The notes under the pieces were generated by a model, which saw only the letters and a program-made list of their open reading frames with translations, did no database searches and had not been told where the DNA came from. The position numbers and the translations under genes were made by a program. From Raillietiella orientalis (Eukaryota), in the NCBI GenBank assembly GCA_036172245.1, contig JAYWIR010000019.1, forward strand, positions 1,922,001 to 1,986,000: a stretch of DNA of 64,000 nucleotides. Reading direction: 5' to 3'. Below are positions 1 through 10,620 of the stretch, in pieces (the stretch's first letter is position 1; each line of letters starts with the position of its first letter).

Positions 1-1423
1 TTTAGCTCCATCTCCGCGGGCACACGTCAAGATGGAGCGTTTGCCTCCGTCTTGTTCAAGAGGGAGACCCCGAGCAACCTGTTGAGTGGAGCTGGTCACC
101 GGGCCGAAGATGCCTTGCACGGCCACGCGAGCGAAAAGACACCATCCGCTCTTCGAGTGATTCCCTTCGGAGGGAGAGGTCGACCACCAGGAACGAAAAG
201 TCTCCACGCGGTAGAAGTTCAAAACCGGGTGGGAGTGCACTATGGAGGACACTGAGGGTGGTCGCAGCGTCCGGTTTTCCCGTCTGGAAGGTTCCCTTCG
301 ATTGAACGTCTTCGTTCGGAAAGCAGCGACTCGTGTGACGTCCCTCGACGCCGAGGAAGACACTCGGGAGGAAACTCTCTGGTCTGCTGCACACTGAAGA
401 AGCCCACCCACAAAAGTCTCTCAGCGATGAAGGAAGGCCTACGGAAAACTCGGCCGCAGGCCAGGCAGGGAGCAGAAAGCAACGTAAAGAGAATTTCCCA
501 TTTTGCTGCTCCGCATCAGCTTCCGTATCCCAAGATGCGGTGTTCGCGGTGACCTGTGGTGTTCGCCATGATAGGGGAGCAAAGCCAGCCAGAAACGATT
601 TCCTAGGACCTCCTTCAAGGGTTACAATGGAGTCAGGTGCCAGGCGGACGTTCTCCCCTGTCGGCGTCTAATACACCTTCCGGTGACTTTTCCTTTCGGA
701 TGATGTCGGATCAGCTGCGAACGACTGGTCACTTCGATCGAGCCATGGGTTCGTTGTGCTCGGTATTGTGAGCCAATGGAAGCCGTTCTTCCTTCAGGCA
801 CATTCGTTTCAGGTAACCAAGCGGTCCGTCTTGGAGAGGAACCTTCCGTCCCGCTGGACGAGGAAGCTGCCACCGATCTGTGCCGCAAAGCCTCATTAAG
901 GCGCCGGGGGGCTGGAGGGGGGAAGAGGAGAAGGGAGAGAGACCGGCAAAACTCGTTGTGCACCTTCCTCCACGAAGGCATTCAATTCCCTGCACTACAC
1001 GTAAGGTTTGTTGCAACCAACACCTGCGTCTCCAGGACTGCCGTCGCTAAGAGACCCGCGTATTTTTCCGTTGTTTTCACGAGTCAAATTCCTGATCTCC
1101 ATGACTGGACATCACGAACCTTGGTTTCCATGAGGCATCCTGATGAAAGATAGCAGGTGAGGATCCGGTGCAAGCACGAAAGTATGGATGACCTGGGTCA
1201 CAACCCTGCGGTGTCCTCACGTCCTCCCATCCAAGATCCTATTCCATCTCAGGTATGTGCTGGTGTGAAAGAAGCAGCAAGTCTCGGAACGGAACCAGGA
1301 ACGAAGGCAACATCTTGTCGACGATGGCCAAAGATTCGTCTAGAATTTTCGTCCAGATTTTTTTTTTTCTTCCCGAATGCCCTTCGAAACGACCTCCACT
1401 CGTTTCCGCATGGTATCCAACCC

Positions 1424-1669
1424 CTTGGCGCTTCTTCTGGAAGGATGCATTCTTTTCTCCGATGAATCGATCGATTCTGAAAGAGTCGATCGATAGCGAA
1501 TTAGACCGAAGATTCCCTACGTGTTCACCCAGGGGGTCTCCCGGACGCAGGGGTGCCATTGAAGTGACGCCTCTGCAGGTCTGAACGGTGCCTTGTCGAA
1601 ACTCGCATGGGAAACGCTTTGGACAGCCCGTTGGAAAAAAGAATGCATCCTTCCAGAAGAAGCGCCAAG
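1424..1669. repeat. 33-bp perfect inverted repeat (arms 1424-1456 and 1637-1669, 180-bp spacer)
   Basis: CTTGGCGCTTCTTCTGGAAGGATGCATTCTTTT at 1424 and its exact reverse complement ending at 1669. The ORF track shows WRFFWKDAFF on both strands. Imperfect extension on both sides. Confidence 0.9.
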
Positions 1670-2089
1670 TGGTCGAATCCGAGGGGTCTTTCGTCTTCTC
1701 GGCCACCGGCTCCGGCAGGTAGGACTCCGATGAAGTGTCGTAGCGAAAGAGATGCACCCCTTCTGACGCCTCTCGAAGCAACGCTCCTCGCTCAGGGGGC
1801 GAGTTCGGCAGTCGTGCCATCTCCTGTCCAACTCTTCTGGCTCTTTCCCCTGTGCTTCCCGGATGCTTCTGTCTATAAAAACACCTATTCGGTACCTGTG
1901 TCTATGACCTGCCAATCTCATCAGGTTTCGCGAGAGATCTTCCGTTTGACCTTGAGGAGGTGTGGGGGGGGGGGGGAGGAATTCGCTTCCAGTACTCGGT
2001 GGTATGTTTTTACTAACCGAAAGCTTTGGGGTTTGGGGTTCTTCCGGTTTCGATGCTTTCCTTCCAGAGTTTTGTTTCTCTTTTTCAGG

Positions 2090-2880
2090 GTTTTTTTTTT
2101 TTGGTTCCCAAGGATTGATAAAGAACCGTTCGTCTCCTCAAGGGGGAACCCACGAAGGAAAGCAGCTCCACGAAGCTCTTTGAACACTGCTCCACGCCAT
2201 CTGAGGGTGCGGGTAGCTCTTCGGGTTAGGAATGACTCCGGAGGGATCACTCTTGAGTCCAGGAAGGTTCCAGAGAAAGGTTTCTTTCCTCTTACGCTTG
2301 GGAACGGACCTTGAAGGGAACCACCTCTTCATTCTCTCCGAAGGGGTTCCTGGTCAAGATCTACCTCCCGTTTCTTCTCCGGAGGGAACCTGAAAGGGAT
2401 CCGCTCCTGAAATTCTTCTCTCGAGGGAACCGCTCGTCGCTTCCTCCTCTGAAGAGAACCCTGAAGGGATGCTTCCCAAATTTCTCTTAAGGGCGCTTCT
2501 CATCAACCTGGAAGAGGCAACCCTCTCAAGGCGGAGGTATCAACCAGCTCACATAGTTCGTGATAGAAGGTTCACCTCGAGGGAAGAAGAGACGGCTCTA
2601 TTTTCACAACCGGAGCGGGAACCCCGAAGATTTCTTGATGCCCTGGAAGGACGCTGGAAGGTCAACTTCCAACCCCTTCGAGTCAACGGCAGCATCCGGC
2701 TTCCACCGGTGCCGCACCCTAAGCCCATAGGCCAACCAGAGTCATCCTGCAGGAGGGGATTATGAAATCCACGACACACACCCGTTCCCGGCGTCACTGC
2801 TTCCCCCGATTGGATTCTAACCCCCGGCGCTTGGCACCGCGAGCGGAGACCGCAGCAGTGACACGGCCACCAACGCGGGC
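2090..2880 (-). mobile_element. tRNA-headed SINE-like element, copy 1
   Basis: Minus strand begins CCCGCGTTGGTGGCCG, has a B-box variant GGTTAGAATCC (2812-2822) and shares the body motifs CCGGTTGTG, GAGCTGGTTGATACCT and GTTCTCTTCAGAGGAGG with copies at ~7200 and ~49410. Ends in an A-run (poly-T at ~2091-2102 on +). Confidence 0.7.
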
Positions 2881-5249
2881 CTCCAAGTGGCCCCGGCCAA
2901 AAAGTCTAATTGGCGAAAGCATCAGCGGAAGAGTGCAACGAGTCTTTCTCTGGTTTCTAGCAAATGGCAGCTCCGGAGAATTGCGCAGAGCAGTTTCCTC
3001 CTCCCAGAATCCTCTAAGGAAGGGTGGTTTGCTGTTTGGGCTCACGGTTGCGCTGCCAAGAGAAGATGAAGTCGGGTTTAGTCCTCAAGATAAAGAATGC
3101 GCACGGGAGATCGAAGAAATGCCGTTGGCCTCTGGAGAGGATGCAGAACTTCCGACCCGACTTCACCCGCTCGAGCCCCGAGGACAAATGCAGGCGGAAC
3201 TGCCCGTGGCAAGACACAGCATCGTTCCCATCTGCCTCTCTGATTCCTACCCTCCCTCCCTCCTTCCGCGTCAGATGATCGCTCTGCACACCAAGCGAGG
3301 GGGAGATGCGAGCGTACCCCCTGGACCTCCCCTTCACCCCCCAACCAACCCCCTGATGGTCTCTGGAAGGTCCATCAACTGCCTCGAAGCTCCAGCTTAC
3401 CTCACGCTGCTGCCGCCCCCGAGGAGGTTGTCTGCAGCATCGCGGCCGTCTTCCGAGGCTGAGCTACTCGAGAAGGAAAGGGCCCTGGTCCAGCGATAGC
3501 CGTTGGCAGCTTCTGCACGTGAGTCACCCCTGCCTTCAGGCTCGCCTTGCCGTCAAGAGCGCCTTCCCCGTCCAGAGAACGCCGGACATCTGGTCCCATG
3601 GACCATACTCGAGCCGCGGGCGCCAAGGTGAAGGACCAGTCACGCGCCTCGCGGAGCTCCCGGGGGCTCCACTTCCGTTTCATCACTACCGCGAGGAGGG
3701 AGAGAGGGAGGAAAGGAAGGCAAAGAGGGTAAGGGGATTCGAACTTCCCCTTCGGGTCCACCAGAGAGGGATAGAAATCGCGGTGCCACTTACCTCTGAG
3801 GCTGGAGCGGAGGTTTCGGAGGTGTTCATGGGATCCGTCGGAGTGAGGCTTATCGACGACAGCGCCGTCGATAAGATAGAGCTTCTTATCGTCTCCATGG
3901 GTGTGGTGACGTTGTCGCCGACTGTCCCCGGCAGCACAGTCTCGCCGGATGAGGCCTTCGCTTCCATGGATGCGTCGGTGGGTCTTGCTGCGCTGCTGTT
4001 CCCGGTCACCTACAGAGAAAGAGACCGCTTCCTGCGTGGCGTGGCTACCGGGAGGGCGAACGAATTCTTTGGAAAGGCTTTTATACCCGACACTAGGAAG
4101 GAAGGGGGAAGGGGAAGGAATTCGCATGGGACACGTCGAAGGAACGCGAGGCTTGTGGCACACGAGGTCTTCTTCCACGCACTGCCGCCGCCGCGGTGGT
4201 CGTGGTAGTCGTCTGTTCGTGTTTTTTTTTTCGATACTCCCGAAGGCATTCTCGAACTTTGCGCGGCCTCGCTCGGTCCGGACTCCAGGCAACGGAAGGA
4301 TCCGGAGCGACGCTTCCGGGACAGTGAAGCGCGAAATCAGCCACACAGCGAATTTGTCCCGCGCGTGGCCGGCCTGCTGTGCCCCCTGAAGGCTCCTGTG
4401 GCGAAAGGCGAGGGTCCTCGCCGCTTCGATCTCGATCAGCGGAGCGTTCCCCGGCTTCAAGAACCACGAGGCACAAGGCGAGATCACACGCACCTCGACC
4501 TGCCCTGTCTCTCCCCTTTTTCGCTCATCTCATTCTTCCCGCCGGCGTTCCGCAAGCTCTGGCTCGCGAGTCCGTGTGCGCCCGCTCCTCGCGGAAGGAG
4601 AGGAAATGGGAAGCGGAGGGGAATGCCAGGAAAAAGCTCGAGGCTTCCTCGCTCCGCGTCTCTTGCCCGGCGCATCCTCGGCAGCGGCACGGGTGACCTC
4701 TCTTCCGGCAGAATTCCGTTTCCCGAGGGAGATGAAGTGCCGACCGAACCGGGAAGCGGCAAAGAGTCTTCCCCGAGGCGTCCGCTACCGGGGAGACTTC
4801 TCGCTAGAAAGGAGGGCTGGTTATGTTGATCTTCGTCCGCTCTTGCCAGACTCGCGCTCATCCTACGGGCAGCGTCGGTCGTCGCGTGACCATTCATCGG
4901 CAGAAGAGAGGAGATCTCTGGAGCGACCCGGTCCTCGGGTCGAGGGAAGCACCCCGTCCCTTGCCGGTGCTTCCACCATGAGGCGGGACCCTCCCTGGAT
5001 CAGAGGGAAGAACAGGTTCAATGTTGGTTAGCACGGAGGGTAGGAACGCGAAGTTCCGGGACAGAGGAAGCTGGGAGGCCGATGGGGTAGGTCAAGATCG
5101 AGGCGGTCCCTTCGGGCAGGAGTGGGTTCCTTCCTGCCGACGCAGTCACGTCCCTTTCAACATTCCCTTGGCCACCTCCCCTGGTATGCGGCTAGTGGGT
5201 TGAGGACGAGAGCTGCGAACAGCTGCCTCTGTGGCAACCCGGCTTCCCG

Positions 5250-6680
5250 GCACCTAACGGCCATCTTCCGAGATGCCGCGCCACCGCTGCGTGTCGACTC
5301 ACCTTGTGATCCCACGCCGCGCTCGGGCGCGGAGAGCTCTGTCAGCGTCCGGTGGGCTGGCCAGTTGCTCACGAGGGCTCACGTACCGACCGCGCAAGCG
5401 CATCGGTCTTCGATCTGAGCTGCATGCGTGCACGTGTTCGCGAAGGCGCTCCAACAGTCTGCCGCCTTTCTCCGGTCACGCGGCTTCCGAGCATGCAGGA
5501 AAGGCAGGTGGTTTTCGTGCCCGGAGAGTTGACCGCCAGAAGCAACCCCATGCTTTCTGATCGAATGAGTTCTGATCCAGAAAGACTCACCGCGAGGCAA
5601 GAAGGTCGCCAGGGAGACGCTTTGCGGGAGCCTCAGCAGGTGTATGCGTTCCTCCGCGTGGCGCTTGCCAAGTCCCGCGCCTGTCTCATTCCTCCCCCCC
5701 TTTCCTCTCCCTCTCGAAAATTCAACGCCCTTTCCTATACCGTGCTCCTACGCCCCACGGCTGGCAGGAACGGTAGCGCATGCTTACCGAGATGATTTTC
5801 GTGGCCACTGTGGGAAGGATAGACGGAGACGAAGAGTTCCATTCCATGGAGCTGCTGGCTCCCGCCAGGAACTCCAGAAGCCAGAAGAAGCTGAAGAGGG
5901 TGCCTACCTTCATGTCTTCCGGATCACGCTCTCATACTTGCAAGCATTCACCACCGTTCCATAGCCTCCCGGGTGGCTGGTAACAGAGGGAGGTGGGCGA
6001 TCAATGTCTCGGCAGGAGGAGCAGAAGCGCGCGGTCTTCCGTAGGGGGAAGAAGCCACGTGGGCCGCATCCGATCGCGTGGCGACGGCAGGGTCTTCAGT
6101 GGTCGATGCGGAGAGGGCCGTGCGAGATGGGAGAGGAGGTGCGCCTCCTTGCGCTCAAACCGCCCTGGGAGCGCCGAGGAAGCCACAGCTCTTGTGATTC
6201 TCGTGGACGCCCAGTGGCGCAGGCGAACGGGGTCGCTTCCGAAATTCCTCCCCGCGCCAGGTGGGCTGCGGTCGACGGGTCGCTGTTCGGAGAGAGACGC
6301 GAGCGGATTTCAGGATGCTGCCGTGCGGAGGGATGGACCGCCATGCGGGTTGGGGGCTATCCTTCCGGTTCGGACCGTCTCTGGAGGAAGGAGCGAAGCG
6401 CACCTGACGCTGCGAAGGTCCGCGGAATGATCGACCCCCGCGCGCACAGCAAGTGCACCTGCATCTTCCATTGCAGCCCGCCTTCAACGCACCTCATGGC
6501 AATCCTACGCGATGCCGTGCCACTACTGTCGTGCGCGAGGCGAGTGCACACACCCGCTGGCGTGTCGACGCACCTCGTGAGCCCACGCCAAGCTCGGGCG
6601 CACCTGCTGGCAGCGTCCCGCGCACTGTCCAGTTGCTCACGAGGGCACACGTGCCGACCGCGCAAGTTCATAGAGACCCT
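5250..6680 (+). repeat. Two diverged direct copies (~5250-5410 and ~6488-6675) of a GC-rich repeat
   Basis: Shared CACCT..GC.ATC.T.CG.GATGCCG.GCCAC, GCGTGTCGAC.CACCT, GCTCGGGCGC and CCAGTTGCTCACGAGGGC.CACGT.CCGACCGCGCAAG. Both translate QLLTRAHVPTAQ in one frame. Confidence 0.8.
5600..5960 (+). pseudogene. Possible decayed AP-endonuclease of a non-LTR retrotransposon
   Basis: Weak motif order across frameshifts: SYAP ... DDF(R)GH..KDR ... PTF....SRS, resembling APE YAP/GDFN/TF..SRID. Heavily degenerate. Confidence 0.3.
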
Positions 6681-7199
6681 CCTCACTGAATCCTTCCTGT
6701 CGACCTCGCCTTTTTGTGCGCGAGTGGGGGTGGAGGGAAAGCAGGTCCTTCTCTGACCTGCCTTCTGTCCACTGGACCTTCAGGCAAAGCCGCCGCGCAG
6801 CTTCCCGTAAGAACCGGAGGTTCTCACTGTCCGAAGGAAGCGTCCAAATCAGCCGGCCGTAGCAACGCGGTGCGCAGGTATTCCTTCGAAGGCGCATTCT
6901 CGCACCCTTAGGTGCTGCAGGCTGCGTTCGCGGCCTCTCGGGCATGAACTCCGGGAAGGATTCCGAGCCAGACGAAGCCACGCCACGTTGCCAGGACGCT
7001 GAATTACAGACCGTGGCTTCCTTGCCCGGGAGACGCAAACATGGGAGGAACAAGAAGGGGTCCGTCTTTTTCCTTTCCTGGAACCCTCCTCGTTTTCATT
7101 CCAGACTCTCCCGGAGAACGCGGTGCGCATCAGGGATGTGGGGTCCCGCATATTGGCAATGGAACAGACCGTCCCCCATCGCTCCGTAAGGACGCACAG

Positions 7200-7900
7200 A
7201 CCGCGTCGGCTGCCGCGTGGCTGAGGCCTGTGCGCGCGGTGCCAGTCGTTGCGGGTTCGAATCCCGCCAGGGGTAGGAGCGACTCCGAGAACGGAGTTCG
7301 TGTCGTGGGTTCGAGTTCTATCCCCGCTATATGACTCTGGCTGGACCGCGGGCTTTGGGCGCGTGGTGGCATTGGGGGAAGCCGGAAACCCCGTTGCTTG
7401 GCCGGGATTGGAAGTCAACCCTCTAAGACATCAAGGAGCACAGGTTCCCGTCGGGGTTCCTCTTCGGTTGTGCAAACGGATCCTTCCTCTCCCCTTGGGT
7501 GGGGGGATCCTCCATCGCGTACTATGGAGCTGGTTGATACCTCCCCCTTGGGGGACTGGTTGCCTCTCCAGGGGTTCTCTTCAGAGGAGGAAACGAGGAG
7601 CAGATCCTTTCCGGAGGTCCCTCCGGAGGAGAAACAATGGAGCTCCGGAGAGAACAAGGAAAAGGGTTCCTCTCAGGGACAACCAGGGTGAAGGGCTCCC
7701 CTCCCAAGCATGAGAGAAAAACGGACTCCTTCCTCCGGAGTCCTTCCCAGATTTCGGGGTACTCCCTAACTTGTAGGTTCAGCACGGACCTCCGGGTGGC
7801 ATGGAACGGTGTCAAAGGGCTTCGTGAGCGAACCTCCCCAGGCGAACGGTTCTTCAGTACTTGGAGACTCCCCTCCCACTTTTCAAAGAAAGAAAACACA
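7200..7900 (+). mobile_element. tRNA-headed SINE-like element, copy 2
   Basis: Perfect T-arm GCGGG-TTCGAAT-CCCGC (7251-7267) and a second B-box-like GGGTTCGAGTTC at ~7307. Body is homologous to copies 1 and 3. A-rich end AAAGAAAGAAAACACACAGAG. Confidence 0.75.
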
Positions 7901-9969
7901 CAGAGAAAGAAAGGCTGGCATGGGCGCGTCGGCCAGTGGCGTCGCAACAAAGCGCGCGCTTAACACCGAGAGAGAAGCAGTCCGGTCCAAGCCCTCTGGC
8001 GCGGCCATGTAAAACCAACCATTAGTCAGTCATCAGCAAAAAAACGGCCGGATAATTGTCGAGCGCAATCACGGCAATTATCTCGGTTATTATTGCTGCA
8101 TTTGGAAACCGTCTCCGGGACCAACTCCCTCGTAAGCTGAAGAGTAGGAGAGCAGACCTTTGTCTTACGAACCGTCTTCGTCGGCGAAAGCGATGGAGAG
8201 ATCGCGGTGTTCTGGTTCGCACTCGGGAGTGCGTCCGCTGGGTGTCGGCCCTCGCGTTTCGATTCGCGGTGAACTGGCAACGCTGAACGGAACCGGGGGA
8301 GCGACGTGCTTCTCCGACCCGACGAAGCAGTCACCATTTTGCAACAGCACGCGGCGCCCTTCCCGCCGAATGTTCACTTTCTTCGGGAACATTCTTTCGT
8401 GTTGCTGTTGCTGCTGCCGTGGCACGCACTTCCTTGCTCCAAGCCAGTCATCTGTCGGCGCAGAGGCAGAGAGGCTCCTTCGATGAGGGGGACCCGAGTC
8501 AGTGAACCCAGGGGAGACCTCACAGAGAAATTCCGAGGCGGATCCCGATTTTTTCCTCCCGGATTCTGGATTTTCCTTTTTATGCTCTCATGGTCTAGAG
8601 CTCGGATTCCGTGGCAACCGCTCCGGCGGCTTCGTGTAGCGCATCGCGTGCGTTCCCATCTCGAGCGCAAGCTGCTGAGTGCGGGGGGGTGACGGCGGCG
8701 AAACGCGCGCACTCCGAGAAGACACCTGGCGCCACACCCCTCTCCTCCTCCCCAGCACCCGTTCCCGGAGCTTTCCTAACCCACTGGGAGGATCGCGATG
8801 GGATTTCACTTGCTCTGCGTCTCCTTCCTCTTCCCCCTCCCTCCCTGGAATGGCTCCAGAATTTCGCAACCACCTGGATACCCGTTTGAGCTCGCCCGGG
8901 CCACACCCATCCGCAACAGCACCCACCTTGACCTGAGCTTCAGACCCGACTCCAGAGCGCTTGGAAGATCCGAGGCCGGGTACAGCCGGAGGTACAGTAA
9001 AGGGAGAACGCAGGCACTGCCCTGCTTCCCAGATAAACCACGGATGGCCCCAGGTGGGAAGGCCAATGTCGCAAGCGGTCAGAGCAAGGAAGGCTCTTGC
9101 ACTTCCCACCGGTGCCTTCCCTTCAGCTTCCGAGTGGAAGAAGTCTCGTCACCCACCCGTGCGCTTTGGAGCTCCATTATGAGTTCCGATGAAGAAGAAT
9201 CGAAACGGCACTGCTCCCGCAGAAATCCTGCGGAATGTTGCTCTGGGTGGGTAGCTGCTCATCTCAAGGCTTCTGTCCGGGAGGGACACGGGAGAAACGC
9301 GGACGGATCCTCAAAGATTCCCATCCGAGAGCGACTCTTCGGAAAATCCCACTGGAATCCGGAAGCCCTCCGTTCCGGAAGCTCTCGGTGCCTTCCAACA
9401 GTCGGGAAAATCCAAAAGGGGGTCATTTCGAGTGTTTTACTCGTCCTCATCCCAGAGGGCGTTCACAAGTACCTTCCTCCTAGGCAGCGCCTTTGGTCTC
9501 TCTCCTTGCTGGTTTGCACGGGATCGCGGTGCTGCTCGCGCATCAGACTGGATGTAGGGGATTCTTGTGCCGAGTGCCAGGATGATCAAGGAAGCTCTTG
9601 CCGGTTCCGAGCAAGTGTTTCTTAAAGTAGGTCATACACGGGACACTAAGAGATCATTGCGGATTCCCTTAGGGCGAGCCATCCTGTTGAACGGATGCTG
9701 ACTCGAAAGTGGAGTCTTTGCTGTCGTCTCTCCGAGCCAAGACGCAGCGACCGCAAGGATGCTGTCCAAGAAGAGATAGCAGAACGTCCGGTATGACGTG
9801 GATCGTATCGTGGGGTGTGCAAGAACGCTGTTGGTTACTTTATCCGACCTCCACTGCAGGCGGAGAGAAAAATACGAGGCGCATCTCAAAAGTAAGGGCC
9901 GATCGGATATAAAGAAAGAACGAACAAGATGAACAGAAATGTATTGGTGATTCTCAACACGTGCATCCC

Positions 9970-10060
9970 CATGTCTCTTTTCCACGTAGCCGCCATTTTT
10001 TTCCCAAACACTTTCGATACCGTGGAAGAAGCTTTTTGGAACCGTCTGCACAAAGTTCCG
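9970..10060 (-). mobile_element. Possible mariner transposase C-terminal fragment
   Basis: KSFFHGIESVWEKNGGYVEK resembles the mariner C-terminus FF..GI..L..RW.KC....G.YVEK with internal deletions. Confidence 0.4.
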
Positions 10061-10384
10061 CCGCCTGTCAACGCGTGCAGTGGAAAGAGCACCGAAGGGT
10101 AGCCATCATTGTGGTTCGAGGTCGATTTACGAAAGTCCTGGGTAAGATGTTCCCGCACGAACACCGAGGTTTTGAAAAAGCGCTGCTGGAGAGCTTTCTG
10201 CGCCGGGCACCCCGCAGAGGTCGTTCCGTGTCCCGGAAAATCCTCTCAGAAAAGATCCCGGCTAGCGTCGCTCCCCAACAAACGGTCCGGATTATTGGAA
10301 ACGAGTGGGAAAGACTCGAAGAGAAAGTGGGAGGAAGGGAGAGGAAATTTTTTCTTTCCCCTGTCTCTATAGAAACGAGAATCT

Positions 10385-10620
10385 GTCCTGGAGAACCAAA
10401 AGGGTGCGCTTTTGGTGGACATTATGGAGCCTAGAGCAACCATCACTTCGCAAGTCTGCTGTGGCACCCTTTCCAAACTGCGACGTGCCATTCAGCAGAA
10501 CCGACGACGTGGAATGCTGAGATCATGGAGAAGGAGCAAAAGAAATTGTTGGATTTCGCGGTTGCGAGGGTCGAAGGGCTACTGGATTTCTGCATCTCCG
10601 CGTACACCTGGCACTTTGAG
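10385..10620 (+). mobile_element. Mariner transposase fragment (catalytic region, degenerate)
   Basis: QKGALLVDIMEPRATITSQVCCGTLSKLRRAIQQNRRRGML matches the mariner motif KGVLLVDF...TIN...YC.TL.KLRRAIQ.KRRGML. Confidence 0.65.

Noticed and set aside
3402..4493. 363-aa ORF and other long overlapping ORFs in 1-12,000
   Set aside because: No recognisable domain. Long ORFs occur in several frames on both strands because of high GC.
7200..7330. Functional tRNA gene(s) here and at 49430-49500
   Set aside because: Only the T-arm/B-box is convincing. There is no complete cloverleaf, and the head is fused to a shared repeat body, so it is treated as a SINE head.
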